Below are positions 9,755-18,829 of a DNA stretch of 64,000 bases, in pieces. The notes under the pieces are model-generated. The model searched no databases and was not told the DNA's origin. It was given only the letters and a program-made list of their open reading frames with translations. Every line of letters begins with the position of its first letter. Within the stretch, counting starts at the first letter, position 1. Origin of the DNA: Fibrobacterales bacterium (GTDB taxonomy: Bacteria > Fibrobacterota > Fibrobacteria > Fibrobacterales > JAOPTW01); assembly GCA_051532055.1 (NCBI GenBank), contig JAOPTX010000010.1, forward strand, positions 62,108 to 126,107, in the 5' to 3' direction. Made by a program: the position numbers and the translations under genes.

Positions 9755-10732
9755 TTACTTTGAACTCTTTTTTGCCCTTTCAGCCCGTTTTTCTCGTGCG
9801 GTAGCTCCGAGAATATTCAGATTTGAAAAACTGAATATTCCAACTGATTGACCCGTGCTATCAGTTAAGCCAACACCGTTATTTGTTATGGTTGCTAATG
9901 TTGTATTGAGTCCATCAATTACCAAATAGATGTCTTGGAACAGAGAGTCGTTGGTGAGGATTCCCATCTCTTCAATGGTAGTCAGGCGAGTTTGAAGGGT
10001 ATCTACGGTAACTGAAACCGTGTGAATTGATTCATGGGCACTCACAATGAGCTCTTGTGATTTTTGAGAAAGTGTTGTCATTGCGACTGTTGCGGAATCA
10101 ATAATTTCCATACCGATTTGGGTTAGGGTATTAGTCTGAGCAATTGTTGATAAAAGTTTTGGCTGAAGAATGTTAAACTGGGTTTGGATAGACTCAATGA
10201 GTGTCTCAGTTTTAGAGAGCTCAGAAAATACTTTTTTAAAGAGGGGCGGGGTTTCGTTATTGCCGGAATGAAGAAGTAGGATAAAGTTGCGAATGAGGGT
10301 AATCTGTTCATTGAGGTCAGCAAGCTTGTGCATGGTTTCAGCAATACCCTCTTCAAATTCACCTACAATACGACTCTCTGGTGTGAGATACTTGCCAGTA
10401 TCACTGGGGATAATTTTTATACGGCGCTCACCCATCAGGCTAAAATTGTAGTTGATAAATTGAGTGCCCTCACGTAAAAGGAGCGGGTTATCGAAACTGA
10501 TAACCACTTTGGCACTTTTGTCGAGGTAGTCAATTGAGGCGATAGATCCTATGACCATCCCTTGTTTTGTTATTGGGTCTTGTGGTCTGAGGGTGCCGAC
10601 ATCGTCAAAAATCAAGGTTAATTGATTAATAGTACTGCTACTTTTGGCATACATTGCAAAGGTGATCCAGCATAAAGTGGCAATAATTGCCCAAAAGGTA
10701 AGATACCCTAAATTTTTGTCAGAAATCTTCAT
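9755..10732 (-). CDS. MlaD/MCE-family protein
   Basis: N-terminal TM, FDDVGTL...GMVIGSI...SLMGERRIKI MCE pattern, then helical tail. Confidence 0.82.
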   Translation of the reverse strand: MKISDKNLGYLTFWAIIATLCWITFAMYAKSSSTINQLTLIFDDVGTLRPQDPITKQGMVIGSIASIDYLDKSAKVVISFDNPLLLREGTQFINYNFSLMGERRIKIIPSDTGKYLTPESRIVGEFEEGIAETMHKLADLNEQITLIRNFILLLHSGNNETPPLFKKVFSELSKTETLIESIQTQFNILQPKLLSTIAQTNTLTQIGMEIIDSATVAMTTLSQKSQELIVSAHESIHTVSVTVDTLQTRLTTIEEMGILTNDSLFQDIYLVIDGLNTTLATITNNGVGLTDSTGQSVGIFSFSNLNILGATAREKRAERAKKSSK

Positions 10733-10844
10733 AGGACTAATATAGCTAATTGTCTTTTTTTCAGTCGGTAAATATGGAGTTCAGGGTTGTGATAATGGGT
10801 GTCCAGTCGGTGATATCATTTGAATAGTGACTATATTTAGTGCT

Positions 10845-12548
10845 ATGAAAAATGCATATGTTTCAAATAGATTAAGTCCCATTCGTCGGAATAGTATCCA
10901 AGTTACAGTGGGCAATGATAGTATTGGTGGCGGCAGCCCTGTTTTAGTGCAGTCTATGACTACAACACCAAGTAGTGACCCCAAAGCGACTGCGGCCCAA
11001 GTACTCGATCTTTGGAGGGCTGGGTGTAGTTTGGTACGTATAACTATACCAACAGTTAAAGATGCCAAAACTCTTGAAGAGACCATGCGTCTCGTCCGTG
11101 AAGCGGGATGTGAAATTCCTGTTTCAGCAGATATCCATTTTCAACCAAAAGCGGCCTATGAAGCGGTCAAGTGGGTTGAAAAAGTACGGATAAATCCGGG
11201 TAACTTTGTCGATAAAGGCATTAAAAATTTAAGAGAGTTCAGTGAAGAAGAGTTTCAGCAGGGAAGAGTTCTTGCGAAAGACGCCCTTAAGCCGCTTCTT
11301 GATGCCGCTAAAGAGCGTGGTGTTGCCCTTCGAATTGGCGTTAATCATGGTTCCCTATCGGCACGTATGCTCAATAAATTTGGTGATACTATAGAGGGTA
11401 TGGTTGAGTCTGCCTTGGAATATATCACACTCTGTGAAGAAGAAGAGTTTGATCAAATCGTTGTCTCTCTTAAGGCATCAAGTGCCAAAATAGTAGTGAC
11501 TGCCTATCGTCTTCTGGTTTCACGTCTCAAAGAGGCGGGAATGAAAGAGTACCCACTGCATGTTGGTGTAACCGAAGCAGGTGAGGGGCAAGATGGCCGT
11601 GTAAAATCATCAGTTGGCATTGGTGCTCTCCTTCTTGATGGGTTAGGTGATACAGTTCGTGTTTCACTCACAGAAAACCCAGTGAATGAAGTACCTGTTG
11701 CTGAAACACTGGTTGAAGTGTGTCAATTAAATGGAATAGATACTGCGATTGAGTGGCAAAAAGACCCCTATCACTATCAACGCCGTGAGAGTGCAGAAAT
11801 AAATGTGGGAGAGCATTCTCTTGGCGGTTCAAATCAGATTCTTGTGGGAGTTAATGCATCACTTTCTGATGAAACAGGACGTTCGCCAGAATTTTCAATT
11901 GAAGAACTTTCTTTACCAGAACAACAAATTGAAACAGTATCAGAGCTCCTTGCCCTAGAAAGTGATCAGGTTGGCTCGTCAATATGGTCATATATCGGAA
12001 AAGAGAATCCAGTTTCAGCCTATAGAGCTATTGCCGGATATTTAGAAAATCATAACCGTAAAGACCCGATACTGCTCCGCATGGCAACAGGGGAATCTGA
12101 GCGTGATAGGCTACTTGTCGCTGCACAATTGGGGTCTCTCCTTATTGATGGCCTTGGTGATGCAGTACTCCTCAATTTAGGAAACGACATTAAAGCATCA
12201 GTGGAGTACAGTTTTGATGTTCTCCAAGCTGCAGGAATGCGCAGAACTAAGACAGAGTTTATCTCGTGTCCAGGTTGTGGGCGGACGCTTTTTGAGCTTG
12301 AAGAGACAAACAAACGGGTTAAAGCCCGAACTTCGCACCTTAAAGATGTTGCTATTGCTGTTATGGGTTGTATAGTAAATGGCCCAGGTGAAATGGCTGA
12401 TGCTGATTTTGGGTATGTTGGAGCAGGACCGGGAAAAATCAATCTCTATGTTGGACAAGAAGTTGTTAAGAAAGGGATCGATACTGAAGGTGCTGTAGAT
12501 GAACTTATTACTCTTATAAAAGATCATGGCCGGTGGGTTGAGCCGTGA
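10845..12548 (+). CDS. ispG: HMBPP synthase IspG, long (insert-containing) type
   Basis: VQSMTTT, ADIHF, RINPGN, RIGVNHGSLS, LHVGVTEAG, SCPGCGR, VMGCIVNGPGE; ATG 10845 preferred because a -10-like box lies just upstream. Confidence 0.96.
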   Translation: MKNAYVSNRLSPIRRNSIQVTVGNDSIGGGSPVLVQSMTTTPSSDPKATAAQVLDLWRAGCSLVRITIPTVKDAKTLEETMRLVREAGCEIPVSADIHFQPKAAYEAVKWVEKVRINPGNFVDKGIKNLREFSEEEFQQGRVLAKDALKPLLDAAKERGVALRIGVNHGSLSARMLNKFGDTIEGMVESALEYITLCEEEEFDQIVVSLKASSAKIVVTAYRLLVSRLKEAGMKEYPLHVGVTEAGEGQDGRVKSSVGIGALLLDGLGDTVRVSLTENPVNEVPVAETLVEVCQLNGIDTAIEWQKDPYHYQRRESAEINVGEHSLGGSNQILVGVNASLSDETGRSPEFSIEELSLPEQQIETVSELLALESDQVGSSIWSYIGKENPVSAYRAIAGYLENHNRKDPILLRMATGESERDRLLVAAQLGSLLIDGLGDAVLLNLGNDIKASVEYSFDVLQAAGMRRTKTEFISCPGCGRTLFELEETNKRVKARTSHLKDVAIAVMGCIVNGPGEMADADFGYVGAGPGKINLYVGQEVVKKGIDTEGAVDELITLIKDHGRWVEP

Positions 12549-12898
12549 GTGATGCTGTTGACAAACCAGTTGACCTGAAGCCCATACAAGAGAATGTTCA
12601 AACGTGGATAGATCAGGTTGGGGTGCGGTACTTTAGTGAACTTACTAATATGACTATTCTTACTGAAGAAGTGGGTGAACTTGCTCGCCTTATGGCACGT
12701 ACCTATGGTGATCAAAGCTTTAAAAAATCAGATCTTGGCAAAAATATTGGCGATGAAATATCGGATATTCTTTTTGTGTTAACCTGTATTGCTAATCAAA
12801 CAGGAGTTGACCTCTCAGATGCTTGGCAAAAGGGTATGGATAAGCGGTACTCGCGTGATAAAGATCGGCATAAAAATAATGAAAAGCTGCAATCTTAA
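12545..12898 (+). CDS. MazG-like nucleotide pyrophosphohydrolase (YpjD-like)
   Basis: LTEEVGELAR...DEISDILFVL..ANQ...RDKDRH. Confidence 0.88.
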   Translation: MSDAVDKPVDLKPIQENVQTWIDQVGVRYFSELTNMTILTEEVGELARLMARTYGDQSFKKSDLGKNIGDEISDILFVLTCIANQTGVDLSDAWQKGMDKRYSRDKDRHKNNEKLQS

Positions 12899-13040
12899 GA
12901 CGTCTCTAAAAAATATTTCAATTACATTCAATTTTTATGGTTTATTATTCTCTCGGTGTGAGAATGATCTTTTTATGGGATACGTTACATAAAAAGGTTT
13001 TGCTTCGTTTAATAGGGGCACACATTTATAAGGAGAATAG

Positions 13041-13910
13041 ATGTATTACATACTATTCTGCATTTTTACAATAACCCTTTTGTCGGGTTGTATGCCAAAC
13101 CCAAAGAGACAAATTGATTTATTAAAAAGTTATAGACCTCAAAAAAAAGCCCATACATACGATGCACAACTTAATGAGGGAGAGTATATTAATTTATCAG
13201 GGGCGATAGTTCTCTCACCACGAGATCGCTATATAGGTACTACACGTACTAAAAGTGATGGAGATATAGAGGTTCAGCCAGGAGAGCCAGATAATATGAC
13301 CATGTACTTGAGCAAAAGTACTGGAGTTGTCGCTCTTAGAATGGGGAGGTCATCGAGTAATAATTTTCAGACTGATACAACACTGGGCTTTTTTGGAGAA
13401 GCTGGCTTCTCCACATTTGGGAATTATTTGTCGGTAGGGGTTGAAGGGGCAAGGCTCGGCCCTCAATGGGGCTACTCATATTTTATTGATATCAGTAGGT
13501 TCAATTTTTATAGGCAGGTGAAAGGACGAAATATCAGCTATTATGAGTATGATGATGGTATTGATATAAACTATCGTTCAAGTACATCTGACATCTCAAA
13601 GAAAGGATATGTCTATGCCTACCAAATGGATATGGGTATTGGTGCTTCATATCGTCCATTGGGCCCTGGGTCAACATGGCTTATAACACTTGGGGGAGAA
13701 TACTCTCATCATTTTGACTCGGATTATGGTGATGATCATCGGTCGGTTCTTGCGACGTTACAAAATCATGTAGTCCTGAGTTCACTCTTTACGATTGGTG
13801 CAAATGTATCATATAACACCTTGCTGGAGCCCGGTTGTTTTTCAAAGGGATACGTTCTTTTTGATGCAGGGGTCTCAATTAATGTACTCCATCTATGGAG
13901 CATGATCTAA
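13041..13910 (+). CDS. Hypothetical lipoprotein, beta-strand rich
   Basis: RBS AAGGAG; lipobox LLSGC; alternating aromatic/Gly strands in C-terminal half. Confidence 0.6.
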   Translation: MYYILFCIFTITLLSGCMPNPKRQIDLLKSYRPQKKAHTYDAQLNEGEYINLSGAIVLSPRDRYIGTTRTKSDGDIEVQPGEPDNMTMYLSKSTGVVALRMGRSSSNNFQTDTTLGFFGEAGFSTFGNYLSVGVEGARLGPQWGYSYFIDISRFNFYRQVKGRNISYYEYDDGIDINYRSSTSDISKKGYVYAYQMDMGIGASYRPLGPGSTWLITLGGEYSHHFDSDYGDDHRSVLATLQNHVVLSSLFTIGANVSYNTLLEPGCFSKGYVLFDAGVSINVLHLWSMI

Positions 13911-13977
13911 TGGATAAGCTTCATAGATGGATGGGTATATTGGGTTGATTAAAAAGAGAATTGTTTAGTAAATAAAA

Positions 13978-14697
13978 CTAGGGTAATTCGCCTACATATT
14001 TCTTCTGAATTGCCATAAGTTCGCCACACCCTTTCTCTGCAAGGTCGAGGAGCAGGCTGAGTTCTGCGCGTGTAAAGGTAGACTCTTCACCAGTTCCTTG
14101 TACTTCAATAAGGTCGGTACCATCGGCAAAAACAACATTCATATCTACTTCGGCTTTTGAGTCTTCTGGGTAGTTGAGGTCGAGAATAGGGGTCCCATCA
14201 AGAATACCAACAGAGACAGCAGTGACCCACTTTTTCAAAATTTGTTTTTCGATACCTTCTTCAGATTTAATGATTTTGATCGCTTGAGCAAGAGCCATAA
14301 AGGCTGCAACGATAGAGGCTGTCCGTGTTCCACCATCAGCTTCGAGAACATCGCAGTCAATGATAATAGAGTGCTCACCAAGAGCTTCCAAGTCGGTAAT
14401 GGCTCTGAGAGAGCGGCCAATCAAGCGTTGAATCTCTTGAGTTCTACCAGATACTGATTTGCGTTCACGTTGCACCCGGCTATCAGTCGACCTTGGGAGA
14501 AGACTATACTCGGCAGTCACCCATCCTTTGCCTTTTCCTTCGAGCCATCGTGGTACTTTTGATTCAATAGAGGCGTTACAGAGCACACGAGTTCGCCCCA
14601 CTTCTATTAGATAGGATCCCTCGGCACAGGATACAAAGTTCTCGATAATGTTTATGTTTCTGAGTTGGTCGTTGGTGCGGTTATCAATACGGGTCAT
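13978..14697 (-). CDS. rph: Ribonuclease PH
   Basis: GWVTAEYSLLPRST, SGRTQEIQRLIGRSLR, ADGGTRTASI, IEVQGTGE. Confidence 0.97.
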   Translation of the reverse strand: MTRIDNRTNDQLRNINIIENFVSCAEGSYLIEVGRTRVLCNASIESKVPRWLEGKGKGWVTAEYSLLPRSTDSRVQRERKSVSGRTQEIQRLIGRSLRAITDLEALGEHSIIIDCDVLEADGGTRTASIVAAFMALAQAIKIIKSEEGIEKQILKKWVTAVSVGILDGTPILDLNYPEDSKAEVDMNVVFADGTDLIEVQGTGEESTFTRAELSLLLDLAEKGCGELMAIQKKYVGELP

Positions 14698-15555
14698 CTA
14701 TTCCTCAATCAATTGTTTAAATTCACCTGTGGGGTATGAACCCAAAATATGAACCTCTTCTGCAAGAGTTTTAAGTTGTTCTATGGCCTGACGTACAGGC
14801 TGTTGGGTAGTATCGCCTTTAAGGTCCAAATGAAATATGTATTCAAAAGGGTTACCTGGTTTAGGGCGTGATTCGATTTTAACTAAATCGACGTCGTTGT
14901 CTGCAAAGAGTCCGAGCACTTCATGAAGGAGGCCTGGGTGATCCTCTTTTGGGGTATAGACAATGGTGGTTTTGGTTTCAGATATATCTGTAAGGTCAAT
15001 AGCTTCGCGTTGAATACCGACAAATCGGGTGTAGTTGGTATCACTTTGATTCTCTACATTGCGCTTCAATATTTCAAGGCCATATTTTTTAGCTGCGAGA
15101 CCACTAGCGATAGCACCGAGGGTTAGGTCGTGTTCTTTGGCAATCATTTCGGCACTTCCCGCAGTGTCAAATGTTGCTTTTGCTGCAATGTGAGGATGCT
15201 CAATAAAGAGAGAGCTACACTGGCCGATAGCTTGTTCGTGTGAGAGAACCTGACGGAGGGAGTCAATTGTTGCTCCTGCGTGCGCCATAAGGGTGTGCTC
15301 TATACGGAGCTTTACTTCTCCGACAATGGGGATTTTATAATGAAGCAGATGGGTATAGTTCTGATACACTGACCCCGTAGTAGTGTTCTCAATAGGAATG
15401 ACGCCATAATCAGCTTTGCCATCTCGAACAGCCTCATAAATTTCTTCAAAAAAATTACAGGGAACAATATCTATATCTCTTCCACAAAGGTGGTAACAGG
15501 CACTTTCACTATATGCGCCAGGTCGCCCTTGAAATGCTACGCGTCGTTTACTCAA
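14698..15555 (-). CDS. pheA: Prephenate dehydratase with ACT domain
   Basis: VAFQGRPGAYSE, PIENTTTG, SHEQAIGQC, NYTRF, KIESRP. Confidence 0.93.
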   Translation of the reverse strand: MSKRRVAFQGRPGAYSESACYHLCGRDIDIVPCNFFEEIYEAVRDGKADYGVIPIENTTTGSVYQNYTHLLHYKIPIVGEVKLRIEHTLMAHAGATIDSLRQVLSHEQAIGQCSSLFIEHPHIAAKATFDTAGSAEMIAKEHDLTLGAIASGLAAKKYGLEILKRNVENQSDTNYTRFVGIQREAIDLTDISETKTTIVYTPKEDHPGLLHEVLGLFADNDVDLVKIESRPKPGNPFEYIFHLDLKGDTTQQPVRQAIEQLKTLAEEVHILGSYPTGEFKQLIEE

Positions 15556-16127
15556 TATCTTCGTGCTCCCTTGTATTTTGGTGCCCAGTAGGTACTAGTC
15601 ATCTTTGTGTAGATTACCCCTCGCGAGGATGAGGCGTGTGCAAATGTGCCATTACCCATATAGATGGCACTGTGATTTACCCCAATCCAGTTGCCAAAAA
15701 AGATCACATCACCTTTCTTTAGGTCAGATTTAGCAATTTTCTTTCCCATTTTAAACGTTTGACGAGTGCTATGGGGAAGGTTTATGCCTCGATACTTTCT
15801 AAAAACATGCATGACAAAGGCTGAACAGTCAATACCTCGTTTTGACTCCCCTCCAAAAAGATAGGGGGTGCCGAGCCATGGTTTGATAATTGTTTCAAGA
15901 GCTCCGCTGTGTTTTGCCCTCTTTGTATGATATCTCTTTTTGGTCTGAGTTGTTTTACCCTTAACAGACTTGCTGTCCTTGTTCCCGTTATAATTGGGTT
16001 TTGGGTAGGCTGCAATTGATCGGTCATATCCGCGACGCTTATGAAAAGAGCATCCAACTATTGTACTGAGTGACAGAGTCACCCAGACAATAAGAATAAT
16101 CTTGAAAATTGGCGGTTGAGCAGTCAT
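15552..16127 (-). CDS. NlpC/P60 (C40) peptidase lipoprotein
   Basis: Lipobox IVGC; LGTPYLFGG, GIDCSAFV, HSAIY, FAHASSSRGV. Confidence 0.92.
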   Translation of the reverse strand: MTAQPPIFKIILIVWVTLSLSTIVGCSFHKRRGYDRSIAAYPKPNYNGNKDSKSVKGKTTQTKKRYHTKRAKHSGALETIIKPWLGTPYLFGGESKRGIDCSAFVMHVFRKYRGINLPHSTRQTFKMGKKIAKSDLKKGDVIFFGNWIGVNHSAIYMGNGTFAHASSSRGVIYTKMTSTYWAPKYKGARRY

Positions 16128-16187
16128 TGTTGGTGCAGTGCCTGTATGGCTTAAGGGTATACTAGAAGTATAACTAATCCTGCGCTA

Positions 16188-17606
16188 TTAGGCAAAATTA
16201 CGTTCAACTCCAGCTGCAATTTGTAAAAGCTCTGATTCTCCAAATGCTTTCCCAAAGAGTTGGAGCCCCAATTTGTGATTATCAACAGTACTACACGGGA
16301 CGCTTATACCAGGGAGCCCTGCAAGATTGAGGCTCACGGTATAAATATCACTGAGATACATAGCCATTGGGTCAGTGAGAGATTCACCTAATTTGAGAGG
16401 GTTACTGGGCATAGTAGGTGCTGCAATAATATCACATGCTTCAAAAGCTTTTTTAAAGTCGTTCGTTATTACACGACGAACCTTTTGTGCTTTAATGTAG
16501 TAGGCGTCAAAAAATCCAGAGCTCAATACGTATGATCCTAGGAGAATACGACGCTTAACTTCATCACCAAATCCTTCTGCGCGAGTATTGCAATACATCT
16601 CTTCGAGAGTTCCAGTTTTGTCGGTACGGTGCGAAAATCGTACACCATCGTATCGTGAAAGGTTAGATGATGCTTCTGCGGTTGCGATGATGTAGTATGA
16701 TGAAACTGCATGCTTAAGATTGGGAAGGTGCACTTCTTTGAGTTCTGCCCCTTCGCTCTTTAGCCTTTCAAGGCTTTCAAGAATTTTCTCTTTATGGGTG
16801 GGGTCGAGTCCTTCACCAAAATATTCTGCAGGTATACCAATAGTTTTGCCAGCCAGGTCTTGGCCAATGAGGGAACTAAAGTCTTCTACGGGTGCGTTTG
16901 ATGACGTTGTATCGTTTTTATCAATACCAGAAATTACATTAAGAACAGATGCTGTATCTTTAACTGTTGTTGCAAGAGGGCCAATTTGGTCAAGTGATGA
17001 TGCGTATGATACTAACCCGTATCGAGAAACTCGGCCGTAAGTCGGTTTCATTCCGACAATACCGCAACAAGCTGCTGGTTGACGAATAGACCCACCAGTA
17101 TCTGAGCCAAGAGAAATTGCGACTGAACCAGAGGCAACAGCTGCTGCAGATCCCCCAGACGAACCACCAGGAATAACTTCTGGATTTGTTGGATTTACCG
17201 TTGTTCCATAAAAGCTTGTTTCAGAAGATGAACCCATGGCGAATTCATCCATGTTTGTCTTGCCAATAATTATCGCACCTGCCGCTTTCAGTTTTTCAAC
17301 AACCGTCGCATTGTAGGGGGACTCAAAATTTTCAAGAATTTTGGAGCCACAGGTTGTTTTGGTACCAGTAGTACAGATGTTGTCTTTGATTGCAATGGGG
17401 ATGCCAGCTAGAGGGCCAGTGAGTTCGCCATTTTTAATTTTAACATCAATTTCTTGAGCAGCAACAAGTGCATTCTCATTTAATACAGAGATATAGGCAT
17501 TTTGTTCTTTCGTAGCTGCTATTGTGCTGAGAGACTCTTGTACCAGTTTTTCAGAAGTAGTTGTTCCATCAGTAAGGTCTGAACGTAATTGTTCAAGATT
17601 TTTCAT
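16188..17606 (-). CDS. gatA: Asp/Glu-tRNA amidotransferase subunit A
   Basis: IKDNI, GKTNMDEFAMGSS, PGGSSGGS, GSDTGGSIRQPA, EVKRRILLG. Confidence 0.97.
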   Translation of the reverse strand: MKNLEQLRSDLTDGTTTSEKLVQESLSTIAATKEQNAYISVLNENALVAAQEIDVKIKNGELTGPLAGIPIAIKDNICTTGTKTTCGSKILENFESPYNATVVEKLKAAGAIIIGKTNMDEFAMGSSSETSFYGTTVNPTNPEVIPGGSSGGSAAAVASGSVAISLGSDTGGSIRQPAACCGIVGMKPTYGRVSRYGLVSYASSLDQIGPLATTVKDTASVLNVISGIDKNDTTSSNAPVEDFSSLIGQDLAGKTIGIPAEYFGEGLDPTHKEKILESLERLKSEGAELKEVHLPNLKHAVSSYYIIATAEASSNLSRYDGVRFSHRTDKTGTLEEMYCNTRAEGFGDEVKRRILLGSYVLSSGFFDAYYIKAQKVRRVITNDFKKAFEACDIIAAPTMPSNPLKLGESLTDPMAMYLSDIYTVSLNLAGLPGISVPCSTVDNHKLGLQLFGKAFGESELLQIAAGVERNFA

Positions 17607-17619
17607 CAGTAATCCTTGA

Positions 17620-17934
17620 TTAGGTGTGTCGGCCAGACCACTTCATCACATGAAGACTGAACCAAACACCGAGTATACTTACGACGTTAAATTTAAAAGC
17701 CACCCCAAGACGTAGTTTAATCATATAGAGATCAATCACCCCGCCATTGTTTATTCCAAGGTCGAGTTCTAGCGCCTTAACAAAGAGATTGCGAACAGGG
17801 TTATCAACACCTGCACCGGTTGCAACACCGATCTGCTCTAATACCAGACCTAGGCTCTCGCCCAGAATCCCACCAATTACCAAACCAAGTAGAATGAAAA
17901 TAACTAAGCGAGTATTACTATGTGCTGGATTCAT
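17620..17934 (-). CDS. DUF4321-like small membrane protein
   Basis: LLGLVIGGILGE...IDLYMIKL.LG..FKFNVVSILG pattern. Confidence 0.7.
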   Translation of the reverse strand: MNPAHSNTRLVIFILLGLVIGGILGESLGLVLEQIGVATGAGVDNPVRNLFVKALELDLGINNGGVIDLYMIKLRLGVAFKFNVVSILGVWFSLHVMKWSGRHT

Positions 17935-18049
17935 ATATCCTCTTTGGGAGAAAATTTAACGTATTTTCCACTATAATATAAAAATCCCCCCAAATTAATG
18001 TGAGGTTTTGACTTTTGAAGAGAGAAATCTCTGCTAAAAGGGGCCAGTA

Positions 18050-18784
18050 CTAATAGTCTTTATATTGGACGGTGGTGAGATTAAGGCCATTTGGCTTGGC
18101 CCATATTCGTTCACCCTTGAATTCATTTTTAAATAGCGCTAAAACTGAACCTGGCGGATGGTGGCCACGGCCTACGTCGATGAGAATTCCCACCATGGAT
18201 CGTACCATTTTGTGAAGAAATCGGTTACCTTGAATATGGAGTTCAAAGCCGCTATCTTGTTCTTTAAGAGTAAAGAGGGAGAGTGTGCAGTCAGTAGGCT
18301 TGCCGTCATCACGGGGGATACAGAAATTAATGAAATCATGAGTGCCTAAGAAATACTTCATTTCTGAACGAATAAGGTCAAGATTGAGCTTAAATGAGGT
18401 GCAGTCCCAGCCATAGCGCCTTTGAATGGCTCGAGGTCGTGTATAGACCGTATAAATATAATAGCGATATTCAGCATCATACCGAGGGGAAAAGTCGCTG
18501 TGACAGAGTTCGAGGTCTCGTATTGCAATAGTTTCTGGTGTGAGGGCATTAATTGATCGAGTGAGTGCATAGGAATCGAGATATGCCTCCCAGTCGAAAC
18601 TAGCAACTTGGCCACTTGAATGAACACCCGCATCAGTTCGTCCAGAGCCACTCACTTTTATTTTTTTTCGGAGTGCGACTTCAAAAGCCTTTTCAAGCTC
18701 TTCTTGTACGGTGCTTGCATTATCCTGAATTTGCCATCCATGAAAATCAGTACCGTCATATTCTACTTTAAAGCGATATTTCAT
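18050..18784 (-). CDS. truA: tRNA pseudouridine(38-40) synthase
   Basis: EYDGTDFHGWQIQ, GSGRTDAGVH, GTHDF, FLHKMVRSMVG. Confidence 0.96.
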   Translation of the reverse strand: MKYRFKVEYDGTDFHGWQIQDNASTVQEELEKAFEVALRKKIKVSGSGRTDAGVHSSGQVASFDWEAYLDSYALTRSINALTPETIAIRDLELCHSDFSPRYDAEYRYYIYTVYTRPRAIQRRYGWDCTSFKLNLDLIRSEMKYFLGTHDFINFCIPRDDGKPTDCTLSLFTLKEQDSGFELHIQGNRFLHKMVRSMVGILIDVGRGHHPPGSVLALFKNEFKGERIWAKPNGLNLTTVQYKDY

Positions 18785-18829
18785 GTAATGAAAGGTAGTA
18801 AAAAAGTGGGCATTACCATCAACCCATTT

